Positions 9,159 through 16,754 of a stretch of 64,000 bases of DNA are shown here, piece by piece. A program made the translations under genes and the position numbers. The stretch is from Candidatus Saccharimonadia bacterium (GTDB lineage Bacteria > Patescibacteriota > Saccharimonadia > UBA4664 > SCTI01). Position 1 is the first letter of the stretch; every line of letters begins with the position of its first letter. Below the pieces are notes generated by a model. It searched no databases. It was not told where the DNA came from and saw only the letters and a program-made list of their open reading frames with translations. The stretch is taken from the NCBI GenBank assembly GCA_046597065.1, contig JBKJLI010000003.1:290841-354840 (forward strand). The letters run 5' to 3'.

Positions 9159-9473
9159 TCAAATGGACTGCTCGTCTGCGAAGACAGAGCCTTGGATCAT
9201 GTCGGGAAGGCTCTCCCCAAGAGGATGGCTGCGGATACGCACCGCGACCGCCTCATCCCGCACCCGCTGCACCCTCGCGAGCGCGTTCGGGTGAGCGTTG
9301 CCTGCCTCGACCTCGTCACGTGCCTCCATGAGAGGAACATTCGTCATCGACGCGGTCAGGCTCCTCGCTGTGAGGTTGATGCTCTGATCGCCATCGGAGC
9401 AGATCGCCTTCTCATCGAGGCGGTTCTCGAAGTCGCGGCCTAGCACCATCTTCGCGTTTAACGCGGAAACCAC
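9159..9473 (-). CDS. Hypothetical protein (104 aa) in the high-G+C island. It overlaps completely a plus-strand ORF (9135..9443).
   Basis: GTG start preceded by gaggaggaggaa. Its amino-acid composition is protein-like, whereas the opposite-strand ORF is Arg/His-rich. Confidence 0.3.
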   Translation of the reverse strand: MVSALNAKMVLGRDFENRLDEKAICSDGDQSINLTARSLTASMTNVPLMEARDEVEAGNAHPNALARVQRVRDEAVAVRIRSHPLGESLPDMIQGSVFADEQSI

Positions 9474-9529
9474 ACGAGTATTCCTCCTCCTCGTGGCGTC
9501 GGAACCTGACGGGGGCGTCAGGCGGTAAA

Positions 9530-9570
9530 CGGGCCCGGTCCTTCATTGGACCGGGCCCGGAAGTATTTTT
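9530..9570 (+). terminator. Intrinsic terminator: 12 bp stem cgggcccggtcc / ggaccgggcccg followed by tattttt
   Basis: Perfect 12 bp inverted repeat with a 6 nt loop and a T-tract. Confidence 0.6.
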
Positions 9571-9592
9571 AGGCACTTATATCTGCTACATT

Positions 9593-9904
9593 ATGGACAT
9601 GAAGCCAAATTGTTTGTTTTGCAAAATTATCGCCGACAACAGCTCATTGGTTTGGCAAAACGAGGAGTTTGCAGCCTTTAAGGACATCCACCCGAAGGCT
9701 AACCTTCATCTGTTAATAGTGCCCAAACTGCATATAGATAGTCTTGATCATCTGCCACCGGCTGAGTCACCCGGATTAATCGCTGCCATTCACCAAGTGG
9801 CTGAATCGCAGGGGGTTAAGGGAGCTTATTGGGTTCAGGTCAACGTTGGTAGAGCCGGAGGCCAAGAAATCGATCATTTGCACGTCCATTTGCTAGCTAG
9901 TTGA
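9593..9904 (+). CDS. HIT-family (histidine triad) hydrolase
   Basis: 103 aa. The C-terminal sequence EIDHLHVHLL is the histidine triad. Confidence 0.85.
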   Translation: MDMKPNCLFCKIIADNSSLVWQNEEFAAFKDIHPKANLHLLIVPKLHIDSLDHLPPAESPGLIAAIHQVAESQGVKGAYWVQVNVGRAGGQEIDHLHVHLLAS

Positions 9905-9978
9905 TATTGCCCCAAGCGGTATTATCAGGTAAGATGATCTGGTGACTCAACCGAGTCGGAAAGGCAGGTGATTAAACT

Positions 9979-10188
9979 TTGCTTCAAGTAACTCGCAAAG
10001 ACGACAAGGAATCATTAGAAAACCTGATTAGGCGCTTTAACAAGAAAGTGCAGCAATCGGGTGTATTAGGTGTCGCTCGACGCAAACGTACTTTTGAGCG
10101 CCCCTTAACTAAGCGGGCCCAGCGTGAAATCGCCATCCGCAAAACCGCTCGCAAGGCTGCCAAAGCCAAGCAGGCAATGTACCGCTAA
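9979..10188 (+). CDS. rpsU: 30S ribosomal protein S21
   Basis: 69 aa basic protein (LIRRFNKKVQQSGVL...RKTARKAAKAK). TTG start. Confidence 0.8.
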   Translation: MLQVTRKDDKESLENLIRRFNKKVQQSGVLGVARRKRTFERPLTKRAQREIAIRKTARKAAKAKQAMYR

Positions 10189-10213
10189 TATCGGATAGTT
10201 TAGGTATTACCAG

Positions 10214-10657
10214 ATGTCACTGATGCAACAGCTAGATCAAGATCTTACTACCGCTATGAAAGGTGGAGATGCAGCGCGCACAGGCGTCATTCGCTTAATT
10301 AAAAACGGTTTTAAGAATGAGCAGATCAAGCTTGGCCACGATCTAAGTGAAGATGAAGCTCTTAAAGTGGTTGCGAGAGAAGCCAAACAGCGTCGCGATT
10401 CAATCGAACAGTATTTAAAGGCTAATCGTAAAGACTTGGCCGACGCGGAGCAGGCAGAGTTAGAAATTATTAATTCTTATCTGCCTAAACAGATGGACGA
10501 AAAAGAGTTAGGAATAATTGTCGATTCGGTGATTGCCGAAACTGGCGCTAGTGGGCCGGCCCAGATGGGGCAGGTTATTGGCGCCGTAATGCAAAAAGTG
10601 GCTGGTGCGGCCGATGGTGCTGCGGTATCTAATTTGGTACGAGCCCGCCTGAAATGA
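10214..10657 (+). CDS. GatB/YqeY domain protein
   Basis: 147 aa helical protein with the YqeY-like pattern. Confidence 0.75.
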   Translation: MSLMQQLDQDLTTAMKGGDAARTGVIRLIKNGFKNEQIKLGHDLSEDEALKVVAREAKQRRDSIEQYLKANRKDLADAEQAELEIINSYLPKQMDEKELGIIVDSVIAETGASGPAQMGQVIGAVMQKVAGAADGAAVSNLVRARLK

Positions 10658-11106
10658 CCATAAACCTGGTTGGTGACTGGCCGGCCAACCTGGCCAAAGC
10701 CGCTCAATCGGTGAACGCAGTACTAATTAGTCAACCCGATATCAAGGCACCGATCGGCGTAGTTAACCTGAAATTGGTTGACGCGAGCGAAAGCCAGGCG
10801 TTAAATAAACGTTATAGCGGTAACGCTTACGCCACCGATGTACTGACCTTTAATTACCATGAAAGTGAGCCCTTATCCCTTACGGCTGCCGATATTGCTA
10901 TCTGTTTACCGGTTGCCGAAAAGCAGGCAAGGGCGGCCGGCAGCAGGCTAGAAGATGAGTTGGCTCTGCTTACGGCTCACGGCCTATTGCACGTTTGTGG
11001 TCACGACCACGCCGATAGTCGTGGACGAGTCAGTATGGAGTCTAGGCAGCAGCAGATTATTAAGCTGGCCGGGTATGAATACCGGGAGTATAAATGGGAG
11101 CAGTAA
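10654..11106 (+). CDS. ybeY: Endoribonuclease YbeY (rRNA maturation factor)
   Basis: Contains HGLLHVCGHDH, the zinc-binding motif. Confidence 0.85.
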   Translation: MTINLVGDWPANLAKAAQSVNAVLISQPDIKAPIGVVNLKLVDASESQALNKRYSGNAYATDVLTFNYHESEPLSLTAADIAICLPVAEKQARAAGSRLEDELALLTAHGLLHVCGHDHADSRGRVSMESRQQQIIKLAGYEYREYKWEQ

Positions 11107-11468
11107 TGAAGTTTACTAAAAGTCTTAGAGCCGCTTTTGATGGGTTGGTCTACGTTGTAAAAAGCGAGCAAAACGCCCGTATTCATCTGTTAACGGCAAT
11201 TATTGCCCTAGCCGCCGGCGTGCTCTTGGGAGTGTCAAACGCCGAGCTGGCGGCCATCTTTTTTGCCATCATTATTGTTTTTATTGCAGAAATTGTTAAC
11301 ACTGCTGTTGAAGAGATTTTAGATTTAGTAGAGCCGGCCAAAAATGAGCAGGTGAAAATGGTTAAAGATATTGCCGCCGCCGCCGTATTGGTAGCCTCAA
11401 TCGGTGCTGCTGCGATTGGCTTGGCAATCTATGCACCATACGTAACAGAGCTGTTATGGCACCGCTAA
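11094..11468 (+). CDS. dgkA: Diacylglycerol/undecaprenol kinase family membrane protein
   Basis: 124 aa with three TM segments and the AEIVNTAVEE motif. An alternative start lies at 11106. Confidence 0.75.
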   Translation: MGAVMKFTKSLRAAFDGLVYVVKSEQNARIHLLTAIIALAAGVLLGVSNAELAAIFFAIIIVFIAEIVNTAVEEILDLVEPAKNEQVKMVKDIAAAAVLVASIGAAAIGLAIYAPYVTELLWHR

Positions 11469-12007
11469 TTACCATTATGGGGCCAATTGGATCCGGTAAA
11501 ACCGATCAGGCGCAGCGTTTAGCCGCCGATTTAGGGTGGCTAACCTTTTCAACCGGCCAATTAGTGCGCGAGGATGGCGATGTCGCTGCTATGGCAGCCG
11601 CCCAGATAGGCAAGCTTGCCCCCACAGCATACGTCCAAGAGTTGGTACTTGCCAAAATCAAATCGATCCCCAAAACTACCGGCATTATTTTAGATGGTTC
11701 ACCGCGAATGTTGGCCGAGGTTGAGCGAATGGAGCGCGACCTGCCCAAATTAGGGCGCAAACTTAATTTGGCCATTTTTTTGCAGATTAAAGAGTCGGTA
11801 GTCGAGCAACGTCTGGCCAAGCGCGGCCGTAGCGATGATCAACCCGAGATTATTAGAGTGCGCTGGGATGAGTACCAGCGAGATACCGTTCCAGTGGTGG
11901 CTTATTTACGCTCAAAGGAAGCGGTTTGTGAAGTTGAGGCCGATGCCAGCCTGGATGAAGTTGCCATTTCGATCAAAAAATGTTTGGAACAACGTGGTCT
12001 CATCTAG
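11456..12007 (+). CDS. adk: Adenylate kinase (short form)
   Basis: P-loop IMGPIGSGKT and motif GIILDGSPR. Confidence 0.8.
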   Translation: MAPLITIMGPIGSGKTDQAQRLAADLGWLTFSTGQLVREDGDVAAMAAAQIGKLAPTAYVQELVLAKIKSIPKTTGIILDGSPRMLAEVERMERDLPKLGRKLNLAIFLQIKESVVEQRLAKRGRSDDQPEIIRVRWDEYQRDTVPVVAYLRSKEAVCEVEADASLDEVAISIKKCLEQRGLI

Positions 12008-12749
12008 CCAGATTAAAACAGCCGGCGAAATCGCCACAATGCGGCGTGGCGGTAGGATGCTGGCGCAAGTGCTAGAGGTTGTTGGAATGGCGGCCAAACC
12101 TGGCATAACGCCGGCCGAGCTAAGCGCCTTGGCCGGTCGCGAGGTACAGCGACTTGGAGGTGAACCGGCCTTTTTAGGCCATCAGGGCTTTTCGGCACCC
12201 ATCTGCATATCGGTCAACGATGCGGTGGTACATGGTATACCGGGCAAAATCCCACTGCGCGATGGTGATATCGTTGGGCTAGATTTTGGCGTGCGGCTAA
12301 ATGGTATGCTAACCGATGGCGCGGTTACAGTTGCTGTCGGATCAATCGATTCTGAAGCCCAGCGGTTACTAGATGTAACTAAAGCGGCGCTTGCGGCTGG
12401 CATTAAGGCGTCTCGCGGTGGCAATCGGGTGGGCGATATATCGGCGGCCGTCGAGCGGGTGCTAAGGGCCGGCGGCCTCGGTGTGATTGAGGATTTGGTT
12501 GGTCATGGCGTTGGCCACAGCCTGTGGGAGGAGCCTCAGGTTCCCAACTACGGCCCGGCCGGCAAGGGCCCCAAGCTGGTTCCGGGTATGACCATTGCGA
12601 TTGAGCCGATGGCGACCCTGGGCAGCCACCAAATCAAGACCGACAGCGACCACTGGACCATCCGCACTATCGATGGCAGCCTGGCCGCCCAGTTCGAACA
12701 CACAATTGCCATTACCCCCGGTGCTCCCCAAATTCTGACCGCCCTTTAG
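11994..12749 (+). CDS. map: Methionine aminopeptidase type I
   Basis: N-terminal IKTAGEIATMRRGGRML plus metal-binding D, D, H, E, E residues. A GTG start at 11994 is chosen instead of the ORF-track ATG at 11835. Confidence 0.8.
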   Translation: MVSSSQIKTAGEIATMRRGGRMLAQVLEVVGMAAKPGITPAELSALAGREVQRLGGEPAFLGHQGFSAPICISVNDAVVHGIPGKIPLRDGDIVGLDFGVRLNGMLTDGAVTVAVGSIDSEAQRLLDVTKAALAAGIKASRGGNRVGDISAAVERVLRAGGLGVIEDLVGHGVGHSLWEEPQVPNYGPAGKGPKLVPGMTIAIEPMATLGSHQIKTDSDHWTIRTIDGSLAAQFEHTIAITPGAPQILTAL

Positions 12750-12770
12750 ATTGCATCAGCTTGCCTTCGG

Positions 12771-14066
12771 GTGAGCGTAACCACTATAATGGGGGTTAGC
12801 GATAAGGAGCGGACACAGCAAGTGGCAGCCCGCGGGCAAGAAGAAATTTTCATCGGTTTAGATATTGGCAGCACCAAAGTGTGCTGTATTGTTGGTCTGC
12901 ACGAAGAAACCGCCGCCCAGCCTAGTATTATTGGAGTTGGTGTCGCGCCGGTTTCGGGACTACGCAAAGGCGAGGTCATAGATATTGAAGAGACGGTTTC
13001 ATCAATCACCGCGGCGGTTGATGAGGCTGAACGAATTTCTGGCGTCCCGATTGACCGAGCCACTATCAACCTAGACGGTGCTCACGTAGAGAGCCTAAAC
13101 TCTAGCGGCGTGATCGCAGTGGGTCGCGCTGATCAAGAGATCTCTGTAGAGGATGTTCGCCGCGCTGAGGAAGCCGCCGCCGCCGTCCAGCTACCGCCAA
13201 ACCGCGAGATCATCCAAATGTTCCCGCGCTCGTTTAGCGTTGATGGTCAGCATAATATTAAAGACCCAGTAGGAATGAACGGTGTGCGGCTAGAGGTCCA
13301 GACCCATGTTGTCACTGGCTCTATCCCTGTAATAAAGAACTTACATCGCAGCATTTATCAGGCTGGTATTGATATTGAAGGTCAGGTACTGGTACCCTTG
13401 GCCGCCGCCCGTGCGGTTTTAACCAAAAAGCAGATGGAGCTAGGTGTAGCGGTTGTTGATATAGGTGGAGGCACTACCGGCGTTGCGATTTATGAGGAAG
13501 GGGAGATTCTTTATTCAAGCGTGTTGCCCGTTGGGGCTACCCACATTACAAACGATATTGCGATTGGGCTACGTACAGATGTAGAAGTGGCTGAAAAAAT
13601 TAAGCTTGAACATGTCAAAGCTTACGTTGGCCGGCCAATTGCCGCCAGCGAAAAAGTAAGGATAGATGAGTTGGGGAGTGAAGCCGGGCTAGTATCAAAG
13701 CGGGATCTATTTGGGATCGCCGAAGCTCGCTTAGAAGAGATTTTTGGTATGGTACACGATGAGTTCAAAAAGGTGCATAAGGCTGGGATGTTACCCGGCG
13801 GGGTTGTACTAACCGGCGGAGGTGCCAAAATGCCAGGTATTGAACAGCTTGCAAAGCAGTTATTAAAGCTACCGGTAGTGATTGGTAAGCCCGAGGGTTT
13901 AAGCGGTTTAAGTGATAAAGTTAATGATCCGGCCTTTGCAGTACCGGTAGGTCTGATGCTAGAGAATATGAACTACGCCGGTGGCAGCGGCAGTGGTCGA
14001 ACAAGCGATAGATTAGGCGATACCGTAGATAGGATTCGCAAAACACTTCGTAATTTACTGCCTTAA
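12771..14066 (+). CDS. ftsA: Cell division protein FtsA
   Basis: FIGLDIGSTKV actin-fold N-terminus. Start is uncertain within 12771-12822. Confidence 0.85.
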   Translation: MSVTTIMGVSDKERTQQVAARGQEEIFIGLDIGSTKVCCIVGLHEETAAQPSIIGVGVAPVSGLRKGEVIDIEETVSSITAAVDEAERISGVPIDRATINLDGAHVESLNSSGVIAVGRADQEISVEDVRRAEEAAAAVQLPPNREIIQMFPRSFSVDGQHNIKDPVGMNGVRLEVQTHVVTGSIPVIKNLHRSIYQAGIDIEGQVLVPLAAARAVLTKKQMELGVAVVDIGGGTTGVAIYEEGEILYSSVLPVGATHITNDIAIGLRTDVEVAEKIKLEHVKAYVGRPIAASEKVRIDELGSEAGLVSKRDLFGIAEARLEEIFGMVHDEFKKVHKAGMLPGGVVLTGGGAKMPGIEQLAKQLLKLPVVIGKPEGLSGLSDKVNDPAFAVPVGLMLENMNYAGGSGSGRTSDRLGDTVDRIRKTLRNLLP

Positions 14067-14569
14067 TAAATTCTCAAACACCCAAATATTTGTAGCGCAT
14101 TGCTTCATTATGAAACATTTCTATATTTTCATATACTAATATTTAAGTACTTATTACACTCATAAAGCTGTGTAGAAGCTATTAGTTGGTTGTAGTTATA
14201 ACAACTGTATATAAAGCTATTTCAAAATATATTATCGAATCAGTACGACCAAACTCATCTGGATAAGCGCTTATGCTAGGCATAATCAAGATATTACTAA
14301 TCTAACTTGTCCCCAGTAATTTGCCGCCCAATTTAAACCTGTTAACAAGCTATACCTATCAGTGCTGACATCGGGCACTTTTATTACCAGTATGACTGTA
14401 TAAATAATGTGAACAATAATTATACTCAAATAATCTTGAACAATTAATTTGCATTGCGTGAACACATTAACTAAACTCTGTTTATACCGCTTATTTAAGA
14501 AAAACTTAATCTGTCGTCCATCTGGATGAATGGCTAAAAGCGGTCATGTGGTAAGGAGAATTTATAGTT

Positions 14570-15964
14570 ATGGCAGAGGTATTGCCCGATATTCAGACTT
14601 TTGCGCGCATTAAAGTGTGTGGAGTCGGCGGCGGCGGCGCATCCGCGGTCGAGAGAATGATTAAATCTAAGGTTCAGGGTATTGAGTTTGTAACCATCAA
14701 TACTGATGCTCAGTCACTGCATCATTCACATGCTCAAACCAAGATCCATATTGGTCAGAGCTTAACCCGAGGCCTGGGAGCAGGAGCAGATCCGCAAATC
14801 GGACGCAAGGCGGCCGAAGAAAACGAACAAGAAATTCGTGATGCGCTTAAGGGAACCGAGATGGTCTTTATTACGGCCGGCGAAGGTGGCGGCACCGGTA
14901 CTGGTGCCGCTCCATTGATTGCTCAGATTGCTCGCGAATCGGGGGCGCTTGTCGTGGGTATTGTTACTAAGCCCTTCACCTTCGAAGGTGAACGTCGTTC
15001 CGCACAAGCTGACAAGGGGATTGAAGAGCTAAAAGACCACGTTGATACCCTTATCACCATACCAAACGACCGCCTTCTAGATATGATCGACCGCAAAACT
15101 TCACTCCTTGATGCCTTTAAGGTGGTGGACGATGTATTGCAACAGGGTGTCCAGGGCATCTCAGATTTAATCACGGTACATGGTTTAATTAACCTCGACT
15201 TTGCCGATATTAAGTCGATCATGCAAGACGCCGGCTCGGCCCTTATGGGCATTGGCCAGGCCAAGGGCGAAAACCGCGCTCTAGAAGCCGCTAAGCAAGC
15301 TATCGACTCACCTTTACTCGAGGTTAATATTGAGGGTGCAAAGGGTGTGTTGTTTAATATCACCGGTGGGCGGAATATGAGCATGCATGAAATTGATGAA
15401 GCCGCCAAACTGATCACAGAAGCAGTTGATCCTAATGCAAATATTATATTTGGTGCGGTGCTAGATGAGGAGATGGAAGACAATATCAAGATCACCGTGG
15501 TTGCAACCGGTTTTGAAGGTGGTCGCCAGGTTTCGCGCCCTGCTATGGGTCGCACACCCGAAGTTGCGACCGAATCCATTCGTCCAACATTTCTAGACCT
15601 GGAGCCTTTACCAGACCCAGACCCAGAGCCGGTTGCCAGCCGGTTTTCTAAAGGCCCATTTATTGATGAAAAGCTTGATGACAAGCCGGCAAACCTAAGT
15701 GAACACAGTGATCTGTTCTTTGATGAGCCGTCGAAGCCCAGTGTTAACTCAATTGAACCAGAAGTATTAGAGGATGACGTCCGCAAGCCCGAGATGCATC
15801 ATGACTCAAGCCATGAAGATAAAGAGGATGCTAAAGGCGAGCCAGCCAAGAGTAAAAGCGGGGCACGCTCTTTGTTTGACCGCGCCAGCAAGGCCGTTAC
15901 CGGTCGCGGAGGTGATGACGATTTAGACGTCCCCGCCTTCATTCGCCGCCGCAAAAACAAGTAA
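14570..15964 (+). CDS. ftsZ: Cell division protein FtsZ
   Basis: [14 protein letters not shown] and [10 protein letters not shown] tubulin signature motifs, plus an acidic C-terminal tail. Confidence 0.95.
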   Translation: MAEVLPDIQTFARIKVCGVGGGGASAVERMIKSKVQGIEFVTINTDAQSLHHSHAQTKIHIGQSLTRGLGAGADPQIGRKAAEENEQEIRDALKGTEMVFITAGEGGGTGTGAAPLIAQIARESGALVVGIVTKPFTFEGERRSAQADKGIEELKDHVDTLITIPNDRLLDMIDRKTSLLDAFKVVDDVLQQGVQGISDLITVHGLINLDFADIKSIMQDAGSALMGIGQAKGENRALEAAKQAIDSPLLEVNIEGAKGVLFNITGGRNMSMHEIDEAAKLITEAVDPNANIIFGAVLDEEMEDNIKITVVATGFEGGRQVSRPAMGRTPEVATESIRPTFLDLEPLPDPDPEPVASRFSKGPFIDEKLDDKPANLSEHSDLFFDEPSKPSVNSIEPEVLEDDVRKPEMHHDSSHEDKEDAKGEPAKSKSGARSLFDRASKAVTGRGGDDDLDVPAFIRRRKNK

Positions 15965-15987
15965 AGCCTTGGCCAGGCATAACCGGC

Positions 15988-16015
15988 TTGACACCACAAC
16001 CATTAGCGTTATGAT
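15988..16015 (+). promoter_or_regulatory. Sigma70-like promoter for nrdR: TTGACA, 16 nt spacer, TATGAT. An imperfect palindrome TGTTATacATAACA follows at 16016-16029.
   Basis: Read from sequence. The palindrome immediately downstream of the -10 is a candidate autoregulatory operator. Confidence 0.4.
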
Positions 16016-16053
16016 TGTTATACATAACACTAAATGTGGGGTTTACCGTTCAA

Positions 16054-16515
16054 ATGCGCTGTCCGGATTGTGCTTATATCGACTCTCGAGTTATCGAATC
16101 ACGTGATCTCGAAGAGGGTGGGTCAATTAGACGGCGCCGTCAGTGCTTAAAGTGTAACTTTCGATTTACTACATATGAACGAGTTGAGGCCTCGCGCTTG
16201 GCTGTCATTAAAAAGGATGGCCGCCGCGAGCCATTTAATCGTGCAAAGCTGGCCAGCGGCCTGCACCGAGCAGTTGAAAAGCGGCCGGTAGCTACCGCCA
16301 AAGTCGAGGAGGTTATCGACCTTATAGAGCGTCAATTACGCAGTAGCGGCGACTCAGAGATTGAGGCTTCAAGAATTGGTGAGTTGGTCATGGCCGCTCT
16401 GTTGGAACTCGACGAAGTAGCTTATGTGCGTTTTGCCAGTGTTTACCGCTCATTTACCGATGTGGCGGCCTTTGAAACCGAACTGGCGCGTATAAAATCA
16501 CGCGGCCGGCCATGA
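16054..16515 (+). CDS. nrdR: Transcriptional repressor NrdR
   Basis: MRCPDCAY...CLKCNFRFTT zinc ribbon plus an ATP-cone. Start is set at the internal ATG 16054 rather than the track start 16015. Confidence 0.85.
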   Translation: MRCPDCAYIDSRVIESRDLEEGGSIRRRRQCLKCNFRFTTYERVEASRLAVIKKDGRREPFNRAKLASGLHRAVEKRPVATAKVEEVIDLIERQLRSSGDSEIEASRIGELVMAALLELDEVAYVRFASVYRSFTDVAAFETELARIKSRGRP

Positions 16516-16754
16516 AGTTCTAATAATTGCGGTTTAACACCGGTTCGGGGGCATTAAAACAAACATCAAAATAATGCTTTCCGAATCGGCGCTCAACCGC
16601 CGAGATGGCCTTTGACAACCAGCAGTTAGACACAAAATGCTGCATCAACCGATGGGCTTTCCGAGACGACTTTAGATAATAAAGTTGTGTCGGAAAGTCG
16701 CTAAAAGGCGATGTGGTAACCAAACACTACCGCCGCTAAAGCGGCAGGAGAACC

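Noticed and set aside
9135-9443. Plus-strand 102 aa ORF with a strong SD, overlapping the minus-strand 9159-9473 ORF
   Set aside because: Its Arg/His/Leu/Pro-rich composition looks like an off-frame read of G+C-rich DNA. It is not excluded, because it has a good SD and a plus-strand terminator downstream, so it is kept as an open question in the findings.
14923-15786. 287 aa minus-strand ORF antisense to ftsZ, and similar long antisense ORFs at 16956-17942, 18276-18722, 52519-53445 and 52982-53335
   Set aside because: Ser/Arg-rich low-complexity translations that fully overlap well-supported genes. This is typical stop-codon depletion on the reverse strand of G+C-rich coding DNA.
16520-16754. 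Cobalamin riboswitch upstream of the B12-dependent nrdJ
   Set aside because: The spacer shows gctttccga repeats and a short hairpin but none of the B12-box features I could recognise by eye. It is left as possible NrdR or promoter sites only.
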